Shown piece after piece: positions 23,601 through 34,900 of a DNA stretch of 64,000 nt (position 1 is its first letter; each line of letters starts with the position of its first letter). The notes below the pieces were generated by a model, which made no database searches, was not told where the DNA came from, and was given only the letters and a program-made list of their open reading frames with translations. Location: positions 1 to 64,000 of the forward strand of contig JAPDFW010000023.1 in the NCBI GenBank assembly GCA_028826165.1, in the 5' to 3' direction. The DNA comes from Anaeramoeba ignava BMAN (taxonomy: Eukaryota; Protista; Anaeramoebae). Made by a program: the position numbers and the translations under genes.

Positions 23601-23700
23601 TATAATAAGTTTCATTTTCAAAATTATTTTTTTTTGAATATAAAGAAATAATTTATAAATTTTTGAGAGTTTTTATTTAATAAATTCTATTGTATTCCTT
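20700..23700 (-). pseudogene. Probable heavily decayed reverse-transcriptase element (different family, opposite strand)
   Basis: Minus-strand fragments in RT motif order: KISILHIFNNLIHK (~22300, like RPISL), QFTF (~22220, like QxGF), LISM..FHKSSQNIS (~21990, like DFSKAFD), FQGNILLFNLF (~21640, like QGDxLSPxLF). All are degenerate and the boundaries are approximate. Confidence 0.4.
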
Positions 23701-24474
23701 TTTTAAATAAATAAAAAATTATTTTGGAATTTGAATTAAAAAAAATTTTAAATCAAATAAAATAATTTACTATTGAATAATAACAATCATCTTCAATTTT
23801 CTAAATTGTTTTAATAATTATTTCTTGAATAAAATCAGCAATTTCAAATCATTTTTGAAGCAAAGAATTTTGAAATTTTCTTTAATAATAATATCTAAAT
23901 ATTTCTTCAATTTTAATTTCTTCATTATTAATTTTAACATATTTATATCTATTTTTAAATCTATTTTGAATTAATTTAGATAATAAATTCTTTTTATAAA
24001 TTATATAAATAAATTATTTTATATTTTAATTTTAATTTTTATTATTTAATTTTTTGATTAAATTTATATTAAAAATGATTAAATTATTTTGTTAATTATT
24101 TAATAAGAAATTAAATAATAAAATTATATTTTATATTATTAATTTATTTCAAATTAATTTATAATTTAAATTTAATTAAATATTATTATTTAGATTTATT
24201 TAATATTATTTTATTTTTGGAAATAAAATTAATTAAATTTATTTTTTTTTGATTTAAATTTATTTTTATTTTTAAATCAATTTTGAATTAATTTAGATAA
24301 TAAAATCTTTTTATAAATTATATAAATAAATTATTTTATATTTTAATTTTAATTTTTAAAATTTTTTTTATTTTTATTAATTTTATTTTTGAAATTTTTA
24401 TTTGATTTTTTCTTTTTTTCTTTTTATTTTTTTAATTTAGAAAAAAACAAAAAAAATGAAAAAAATGAATAAAA

Positions 24475-24975
24475 GTTTTAAAATCATTTCTTAATTAATT
24501 TTTTATTGCAAAATAATAAATAAATTATTATTAAAAATTAAGTAAAATAATAAATAAAATATTTTAATTAAATTTATTTCATTATTTTTAATAATAATAA
24601 TTTAATATTAATAATAAATTCTTTTTGAAATCATTTCTTAATTAATTTTTAATTGCAAAATAATAAATAAATAATAATTAAAAATTAAATAAAATATTTA
24701 TCTTAATTTTTGTTTCAAATTTATTTCTTTATTTTTAATAATATTTATTTATTATTAATAATAAATTCTTTTAAAATTATTTCTTAATTAATTTTATTTT
24801 AAAAATAATAAATTAATTATAATTAAAAATTAAATAAAATATTTATCTAATTTTTGTTTTAAATTTATTTCTTTATTTTTAATAATATTTATTTAATATT
24901 AATAATAAATTCTTTTTAAAATCATTTCTTAATTAATTTTATTACAAAATAATAAATTAATTATTATTAAAAATT
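24475..24975. repeat. ~146-bp AT-rich tandem repeat, about 3.5 copies
   Basis: aatcatttcttaattaattt-like anchor near 24482, 24629, 24775, 24920. Confidence 0.75.
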
Positions 24976-24989
24976 AAATAGAATTGAAT

Positions 24990-25700
24990 ATTTTTTTAGT
25001 GTTTGGTATTTCCTTTCATTTTCTAAAGGTAATTTTTATATTTATATTTATATTTATAAATATTCTTTGAAAAGAAAAAAAAATGAAAAATGAAAAATGA
25101 AAAATGAATTTGGAAATTTAAAAATAAAAATTATTAAAAAACAAAAACAAAAACAAAAACAAAAAACAAAAAATGAATTAGAAATAAATTATTGATTTAT
25201 TTTATTTTATTATTTATTAATCAATTAATGATATTTTCCAAAATCAAAATCAAAATGTATTTATTATTTAAAAATAAAAATAAAAATAAAAATAAATAAA
25301 GTAATTTAAAATGATAAATAATTTAGAATAATAGATAAATCTAATCTAATTTAATCTAATTTAATTTAATTGAAAAAAGAAATTCCATTAATTAATTTTG
25401 ATAAATTATAATTATAAATAATGATAGATATTAATAAATATAAATTTAGATTTTTTTTGGAATTATTTTTATTTTGGAAATGGAGATGAATAAAATAAAA
25501 TAAAATAAAATAAAATAAACATTTTATCTAATATAAATATAAATATAAAAATAAATTAGAATAAATATTAATTATAAATAGAATAAAATTAATTAATTTA
25601 TTAATTTATTTTTGGAAATTAAAATAAACTTACAAATAATAAATTAGTTAATAAAGTAATTTTTGGATTTAGATATTAAATTTACTTGAAATAAAATATA
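24990..25700 (+). repeat. Diverged direct repeat, copy 1 (copy 2 at ~28835-29410, partial copy 3 at ~30070-30310)
   Basis: Shared blocks atttcctttcatttt...aaggtaattttt, gatattttccaaaatcaaaa, taaaataaacttacaa, ttagttaataaagta...ttggatttagatattaaatt..cttgaaataaaa. Confidence 0.8.
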
Positions 25701-25743
25701 TAAATATAAATATATAAATATAAATATAAATATAAATATAAAT

Positions 25744-25916
25744 ATAAGAAAGGATCATATCGCGTACTTTGTCGTTTTTCGAGTAAATGCCCCAATGTCT
25801 TTCAACTTCACCTCCCCCAATGCACCGGCCTTCGGCCTCTCCGCTACGCTACGGCGGGGAGGCTCAGTTGACGACTTGGGGCTTTACACGAAGACGACAA
25901 ATGTCGCGTTTCTTAT
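25744..25916. other. GC-rich long imperfect hairpin with two terminal ears (candidate structured RNA or ssDNA element)
   Basis: Nested pairings CGCG/CGCG, TTTGTCGT/ACGACAAA, GTAAA/TTTAC, GCCCCAA/TTGGGGC, TCAACT/AGTTGA, CCTCCCC/GGGGAGG; the apex holds GGCC-TTC-GGCC and GC-TAC-GC. Confidence 0.75.
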
Positions 25917-26034
25917 TTATTTCTTTTCATTATTGTTCTTATATTGTTCAATTTTGATTAGAATTATTAATTATTAAATTGATTTTAAATTGATTTAATT
26001 TGGATTGATTAATAATTAATAATTAGAAATAAAT

Positions 26035-26140
26035 AAGGGCGTAGACTCGGGTGAGTATGTTAACACCAGCTTTTTCTTTGGGCGGGTGGCTAATTTCAAA
26101 GCTTAAAACATTGCCAAAGATGAACATCCCCTTTTTTTTA
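26035..26140. other. Second GC-rich island with possible pseudoknot, followed by a T-run
   Basis: AGCTTT(26068)/AAAGCT(26098) interleaved with TCTTTGG(26075)/CCAAAGA(26114); hairpin ACTC-GGGT-GAGT at 26045-26056. Confidence 0.45.
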
Positions 26141-26829
26141 TTTTTATTTTTATTTTTATTTTTATTTTTATTTTTATTTTCAAATTTTCAATAGATTTAT
26201 TTATATATTATATATATAAAAAAAAAGAAAAATGAAAGAAGAAGAAAAAAATGAATTCCACTTTTTAAAAAAAAAAATCCACAAAAACATTTTTTTTCCA
26301 TTTTTTCTTTCAATTTTTTTTATTTAAATTTAGAATAATTTTAATTAAGGAATTGTATCTAAATTTCAATTACTTTGAAAGTTTATATTTATATTTATTT
26401 TCATTTTCATTTTTTTTGTTTATATTATTTATTTACTTCAATCTTTTATTATTTATTTATTTATTTATTTATTAATTAATTAAAATCTAAAATAATTTTT
26501 AATTTATAAATAAATAAATAATAAATTAATTAATTAATTACATTCAAAGTTTACATGATTTTTATTTTTATTTTGATTTTGATTTTGATTTTGATTTCAA
26601 AAATGTTAAATAAATAAATAAATAAATAAAAAATCATTTCTTTTTATTTTATTTATTGAAAATATAAATATAAATATAAATATAAATATAAATATAAATA
26701 TAAATATAAATATAAATATAAATGTTATTTTTTATTTAAATATAAAATTCTTAAAATGAAAATAAATCAATTCATTTTTTTTTGTAAAAATTTATTTATT
26801 CAATAAAAAAATAAATAAAATAAATCATT

Positions 26830-27955
26830 TTAAAAAATAAATCTAAAAATAAATCTGAAAATAAATCTGAAAATAAATCTGAAAATAAATCTGAAAATAA
26901 ATCTGAAAATAAATCTGAAAATAAATCTGAAAATCAATCTGAAAATAAATCTTAAAATAAATCTAAAAATAAATCTGAAAATAAATCTGAAAATAAATCT
27001 AAAAATAAATCTGAAAATAAATCTTAAAATAAATCTGAAAATAAATCTGAAAATAAATCTAAAAATCAATCTGAAAATAAATCTGAAAATAAATCTAAAA
27101 ATAAATCTGAAAATAAATCTGAAAATAAATCTGAAAAAAAATAAATCTGAAAATAAATCTGAAAATAAATCTTAAAAATAAATTAAAAATAAATCTAAAA
27201 ATAAATCTGAAAATAAAATAAATCAAAATAAATCTGAAAATAAATCTGAAAATAAATCTGAAAATAAATCTTAAAAATAAATCTGAAAATAAATCTGAAA
27301 ATAAAATCAAAATAAATCTTAAAAATAAATCTGAAAATAAATCTGAAAAATAAATCTGAAAATAAATCTGAAAATCGAAAATAAATCTTAAAATAAATCT
27401 GAAAATAAATCTGAAAATAAATCTGAAAATAAATCTGAAAATAAATCGAAAATAAATCTGAAAATAAATCCAAAAAATCAATCTTAAAATAAATCTGAAA
27501 ATAAATCTGAAAATAAATCTTAAAAAATAAATCTGAAAATCAATCTGAAAATAAATCTGAAAATAAATCTGAAAATAAATCCAAAATAAATCTAAAAATA
27601 AATCTGAAAACAAATAAATCTAAAAATAAATCTAAAAATAAATCTGAAAATAAATCTGAAAAATAAATCTGAAAATAAATCTAAAAATAAATCTGAAAAT
27701 TGAAAAAAATCTGAAAATAAATTTGAAAATAAATTAAAAATAAATGAAAATAAATCCCAAAAAATCTGAAAATAAATCTGAAAATAAATCTAAAAATAAA
27801 TCTGAAAATAAATCTGAAAATAAATCTAAAAATAAATCTGAAAATAAATCTAAAAATAAATCTGAAAATAAATCTGAAAATAAATCTGAAAATAAATCTG
27901 AAAATCAATCTGAAAATAAATCTTAAAATAAATCTAAAAATCAATCTGAAAATCA
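26830..27955. repeat. 12-bp minisatellite (AAAATAAATCTG)n, about 90 copies
   Basis: Directly visible; it produces the FRFI/SENK/QIYF pseudo-ORFs. Confidence 0.95.
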
Positions 27956-28834
27956 ATCAATTTATTTTTCGTTATTTTTGTTTTAAATTATCAACAACAA
28001 CAACAACAAGAACAATAACAACAATAAGAAATTTCCTTCAATAAATGTAAATTAAAATTAAAATTAAAAATTAAAAATTTAGAATTAATATTAATAAATT
28101 TATTTTGTTAATGAATAGTTTTTTTTGTTTTGATTATTGATATTGAAAGAAAAATTGATTTTAATATTATTATTAATATTAATATTGATTATTTTTTGAT
28201 TTTTTGATTTTTGATTACATTTTAAATAATTAAAAAGATTTTGTTAATTATTTTTGAATCTTATATTAATTAATTTAGAATCAATTAATTAATTATAAAT
28301 TCTTTTCATTTTTGATTTTTGATTTTTGATTTTTGATTTTTGATTTTTGATTTTATAAAGATTACATTAATTAAAATGTTTTTGAAAGTGAATATATTTT
28401 TGTTTTTGTTTTTAAAAAATAAAAGCACTAATCAAAATTTTCAATTTAAAACCTATTTAACCTAATAAAAAATAATAAATAAATAATTATAGAAAATAAA
28501 ATAAATATAAAATTAATAATAGAAATAAAATAATTAATTTAAAATTTATTATTTAATTATTTATAATTGAAATAAAAATAATAATAATTAAAATAATTAA
28601 ATAATTAATAATAAAAATAAATAATAAAATATAATTTTATAATTTAAAATAAATATAAAATTAATAATAGAAATAAAATAATTAATTTAAATTTATTATT
28701 TAATTATTTATAATTGAAATAGAAATAAAATTAAATTTTTAAATTTTTAAGTAAATAAATAAATAAATTTACTTTTGAATTGAATTGAATTGAATTTGAA
28801 TTGGATTGAATTGGATTGGATTGGATTGAATATT

Positions 28835-29410
28835 TTATTAGTTTTTGAGATTTCCTTTCATTTTGTGAAGGTAATTTTTATTTTTATTTTATTTTATTTT
28901 TATTTTTATTTTTATTTTTATATTTATTCTCTGAAAAAAATGAAAAATGAAAAAAATGAAAAATGAAAAATGAAAATTAGAAAAATAATTTATTTATTAA
29001 TTATTAATGATATTTTCCAAATCAAAAATCCATTTATTTATAAATAAAAATATAAATAAAAATAATTTGGAATAAATTAATAAATGAATAATAAATAAAT
29101 AAATAAATAATCAGATAAATTGAATCTAATATAATCTAATCTAATCTAAATGAAGTGAAAAAGAAGTTTCATTAATTCAATAAATAAATAAATAATTAAT
29201 TAATTTTGGTAAATTGTGGATTATAAATAATGATTTTTTTTTTGGAAGAATTGAAAATGAATAAAATAAAGATTTTATCTAATATAAATATAAGTAAAAT
29301 TAATTAATTAATTTATAAATTTATAAATTTTGTGAATTAAAATAAACTTACAAGTAAATTAGTTAATAAAGTAGTTTTGGATTTAGATATTAAATTGTCT
29401 TGAAATAAAA
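28835..29410 (+). repeat. Diverged direct repeat, copy 2
   Basis: Colinear with 24990-25700. Confidence 0.8.
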
Positions 29411-30329
29411 AGTTTTCAAAATAAATAAAAATAATTAAATAATTAATAATAAAAATAAATAATAAAATATAATTTTATAATTTAAAATAAATATAAAATT
29501 AATAATAGAAATAAAATAAATAATTTAAATTTATTAATAATAAAAATAAATAATAAAATATAATTTTATAATTTAAATTAAATATAAAATTAAGAATAGA
29601 AATAAAATCAATAATTTAAATTTATTAATAATAAAAATAAATAATAAAATAATAAAATGATAAATATTTTAAAATGAATACAGACATTTTAAGGAATTCC
29701 AAAAACTTATAAAAAAATTAATAATCAATTTTTATTTTTATTTTTATTTTTATGGAATATTTTGAATCAATAAAAAGAAAAGAAAAGAAAAAGAAAAATT
29801 GGATTTTTAATTTATTTATTTTAGATAAAAATATTAAAAGAAATGAAACAAACAAAACAAAACAAATTTGATGATTTTTTTTTGTTTCTAAATAAAACAT
29901 ATAAAAATAATATCAATTTGATTTTTTTTATATTTATATTTAGATTTTTATTTTCAGAACAAATTATCAATAGATTTTGAATTTTGATTTAATTTAAATT
30001 TGGATTTTAATTTTGAATTTAAATTTTTAAATTTGATTTAAATTTAAAATTTTTTGAAATTTAAATTTTGAAAATGGAAAAAAATGAAATGAATTAGAAA
30101 TAAATTATTGATTGATTATTAATTAATTGATTGATATTTTCCAAAATCAAAATTTATTTAATAAAAATAAAATAATTTAAAATAATAAATAAATAATAGA
30201 TAATAATCAGATAAATTGAATCTAAATGAAGTGAAAAAGAAATTTAATTAATTACCTTTGATAAATTATAAATATAAATAATGATATAAATAAGTATAAA
30301 TTTAGATTTTTGAAATTATTGATTTTTTA

Positions 30330-31915
30330 TTTTTGAATTTAAATTATTAAATTATTTATTATAAATTTGTTTATAATATATATAAATAAATTGATTTTTA
30401 TTTTTAATTTAAATTATAAATAAATTGAAAATTAAATTTATATATTTTATATATAGAGAGAAATTGATTTTTTATTTTTTGAATATAAATTATAAATAAA
30501 TTGAAAATTAAATTAATAAATTATTTTATTATAAATTTGTTTATAATATATATAAATAAATTGATTTTTTTATTTTTAATTTAAATTATAAATAAATTAA
30601 AAATAAATTTATATATTTTATATATAGAGAGAAATTGATTTTTATTTTTGAATATAAATTAAATAAATAAATTGAAATTAAATGAAATTAAATTATTCAA
30701 ATTATAAATTAAATTTTATATAAATATATATAAATTTTGATTTTTATTTTAAATTGAAAATTATAAATAAATTGAAAATTATATTTAAAATAAAATTTAA
30801 AATAAATTAAATTTTTTATATATAAATGAAAATAAATTGATTTTTATTTTTGAATATAAATTATAAATAAAATCCAAAAAAATTAAATTAATAAATTATT
30901 TTATTATAAATTTTATTTATATTATATATATAAATAAATTGATTTTTATTTTTTTAATTTAAATTATAAATAAATTAAAATTAAATTTATATATTTTATA
31001 TATATAGAGAGAAATTGATTTTTATTTTTGAATATAAATTATAAATAAATTGGAAATTAAATTAATAAATTATTTTATTATAAATTTGTTTATAATATAT
31101 AAATAAATTGATTTTTATTTTTAATTTAAATTATAAATAAATTGAAAATAAATTTATATATTTTATATATAGAGAGAAATTGATTTTTATTTTTTTGAAT
31201 ATAAATTATAAATAAATTGGAAATTAAATTAATAAATTATTTTATTATAAATTTGTTTTATAATATATATAAATAAATTGATTTTTTATTTTGAATTTAA
31301 ATTATAAATAAATTGAAAATTAAATTTATATATTTTTATATATAGAGAGAAATTGATTTTTATTTTTGAATATAAATTATAAATAAATTGAAAATTAAAT
31401 TAATTAAATTATTTTATTATAAATTTGTTTTATATATATATAAATAAATTTTTATTTTTTTTTAAATTTAAATTAAAATAAAATTAAAAAAAAAATAATT
31501 TTATATATTTTATATATAGAGAGAAATTGATTTTTATTTTTGAATATAAATTATAAAAATAAATTGAAAATTAAATTAATTAATTATTTTTATTATAAAT
31601 TTGTTTTAAATATATATAAAAAAATTGATTTTTATTTTAAATTTAAATTATAAATAAATTAAAAATTAAATTTATATATTTTATATATAGAGAGAAATTG
31701 ATTTTTATTTTTGAATATAAATTATAAATAAATTGAAATTAAATTAATTAATTATTTTATTATAAATTTGTTTTATAATATATAAAATAAATTGATTTTT
31801 TATTTTTAATTTAAATTATAAATAAATTGAAAATTAAATTTATATATTTTATATATAGAGAGAAATTGATTTTTATTTTTGAATATAAATTATAAATAAA
31901 TTGAAATTCAAATTA
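30330..31915. repeat. ~170-bp satellite, 8-9 copies
   Basis: tatatagagagaaattgattttt anchor near 30455, 30626, 31006, 31171, 31344, 31518, 31689, 31857. Confidence 0.9.
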
Positions 31916-34900
31916 ATTATATAAATATTAAAAATGAAAATGAATTGAAATGAAATGAAATTAAATTATATTTAAAATAAATTAAATTGTAAATGAAATT
32001 AAAATGAAATTTTGAATAAAATAATAAATGAAAATAAATAAATAATTATTCTAAAAATATAAAAAGAATTACAAAATAAAAATCAAATCCAAAAAGAATA
32101 TTTAATAAAAATATATTTTTATTAATATATTTATTATTCTGATATTATATTTATTATATTATTTATTAATATAATATTGATAATAAATTTGATTCCATTA
32201 TTATATTAATTTTGAATATATATTTTGATTTAATATTTATTATTTAAAAATGTTTAAAATATATAAATTGGAATAAAATTTGATTTTTTTATTTTTTTTG
32301 ATTTATATTTATATAAATTGAAATAAAGTTGATAAAAATATTATTTATTTTGATTTATACTTTTAAAAATTTATTTTTATTTTTAAACATTTTATATTAT
32401 ATATATTTTGAATTTATATTTATTATTATATATTTATTAATTATATATTCATTCATTATATTTATATAATATAATTAATATTCATTTTTATTTATTATTT
32501 TTCATTTCAAATTTATTTATTTTAATAATTAATAATAATAAATTTTGATTTATAATTAATTAATTAATTAATTTTAATATTTTTATTTTATTAATAATTC
32601 AATTATTATTTTCAAAATTTATTTTTATTTATTTTATTAATTTTATTTTTGATTTTTCAAAATTCATTTACACAAAATAAAATGAAAATAAAATAAATTA
32701 CAATTAAAAATATTTTATTTATTTAATTTATAAAATATAAAATATGAATTAAATTGAATTAAAATTAAATTAAATTGAAAATTAAAATGAAAATAGAAAT
32801 TAAATTGTAAAATGAAAATGAAATTGAAAATGAAAATTAAATTAAAATTGAAAATGAAATTGCAAATAAATAAATAAATAAATAAATAGAAGAAGAAGAA
32901 AAAGAAGATAAAATATATATTATATTTTAAAAATTGATTATTAATAATTAAATTAATAAAAAAAAACAAAAATTAAAATTAAATTAAATTAAATTAAATT
33001 AAAATAAATATTTATTTATAAATATTTTAATTTACAAAATACTAAAAATATATATATCAAATATAAAAATAAATTTCAAAATTAAAAACATAAATTAAAA
33101 ATAAAAATAAAAAATAAATTAAATTATGAATAAATTATGAATAAATTATTATTAATCCCCTTATGCTCCTTCAACCCAAACCAATTTTAATTTACTTTTT
33201 ATTTCCTTTATAAATTAACTATAAATGAAATTGAATATAAATTTGAATTAAAATAAATGTAAATCAAATGGAATTATGTTGTAAATTAATTCAAAACATA
33301 CTTCAATTTTGTTTTACAATTAAAGTGAAATAATTATTTTATATTAAATCAAATAAAAAATATAATAAAATAACTCAATTCAATATTGGTTTATTTTTTG
33401 TTCTATTTTAATTCAAAATAATTGAAAATCAAAATAAATCAATGAAAATCAAATAAAATTGAAATAAAATTGAAAAATAACTTTTTAAACATAAATTCGT
33501 TTTAATAAATAAATAAAATGAAAATAAAATAAAATGTAATTTAATTTAATGAAATTAAATTGATTTTATTAATTTAATTTAATTATAAATTGAATTAATT
33601 GTTTATTTATTTAATTGTAAATTGAATTATTTTATATTTAATTGTAATTGAATTTATTTATAAATTAAATTGAATTATTTATTTAATTTAATTGTAAATT
33701 GAATTAATTATTTATTTAATTTAATTGTAAATTGAATTAATTATTTATTTAATTTAATTGTAAATTGAATTGAATTTATTTAATTTAATTGTAAATTGAA
33801 TTATTTATTTAATTTAATTGTAAATTGAATTAATTTATTTAATTTAATTGTAAATTGAATTAATTTATTTAATTTAATTGTAAATTGAATTATATTTATT
33901 TAATTTAATTGTAAATTGAATTATATTTATTTAATTTAATTGTAAATTGAATTTATTTAATTTATTTAATTTAATTTATTTAATAAATTGAATTAATTAT
34001 TTTATTTAATTTAATTTAAATTAAATTTAATTAATTTTAATTTAATTGTAAAATTGAATTAAATTTATTTAATTGTAAATTGAATTATATTTATTTATTT
34101 AATTTAATTGTAAATTGAATTATATTTATTTAATTTAATTGTAAATTATATTTATTAATTTAATTGTAAATTGAATTTAATTTATTTAATTTAATTGTAA
34201 ATTGAATTGAATTTATTTAATTTAATTGTAAATTGAATTTATTTATTTAATTGTAAATTGAATTAATTTATTTAATTTAATTGTAAATTGAATTTATTTA
34301 TTTAATTTAATTGTAAATTGAATTATTTATTTATTTAATTGTAAATTAATTGAATTTTTATTTAATTTAATTGTAAATTGAATTTTATTTATTTAATTTA
34401 ATTGTAAATTGAATTTATTTTATTTAATTGTAAATTGAATTATATTTATTTAATTTAATTGTAAATTGAATTATATTTATTTAATTTAATTGTAAAATTG
34501 AATTTATTTATTTAATTTAATTGTAAAATTGAATTTATTTATTTAATTTAATTGTAAATTGAATTATATTTATTTAATTTAATTGTAATTTTAAATTAAT
34601 TTAATTTAATTTAATTGTAAATTGAATTAAATTCAAAATAAAAATAAAAAGAAAAATTTAATTAAAAATGAAAAATTGAAATGAATATTGATTGAATTTT
34701 TTTAATTTATTTGTAAAATTGAATTAATTTATTTAATTTAATTGTAAATTGAATTTATTTATTTAATTCAAATTGAATTTAAAATTCAAATTGAATTTTC
34801 AAAAATTGAATTGTAAATTGAAATTAAAATTTAATTTAAATCCAAATTAAATTAAATTGTAAATTGAAATTATTTAATTAAATTCAAATTCAAAATTCAA

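Noticed and set aside
25750-25910. SRP RNA, RNase MRP, U3/SSU rRNA or hammerhead identity for the hairpin
   Set aside because: There is no SRP helix-8 motif. The GCCCC/GGGGCTT pair is nested rather than a P4 pseudoknot. AAGGATCAT is only a short match with no surrounding homology, and there is no CUGANGA/GAAA core.
25795-25977. 60-aa ORF over the GC island
   Set aside because: By-product of locally high GC. It has no recognisable motif and runs into AT-rich sequence; hairpin symmetry explains the sequence better.
26830-27956. Several FRFI / QIYF / SENK ORFs
   Set aside because: Stop-free frames of a 12-bp satellite, with frequent frameshifting indels.
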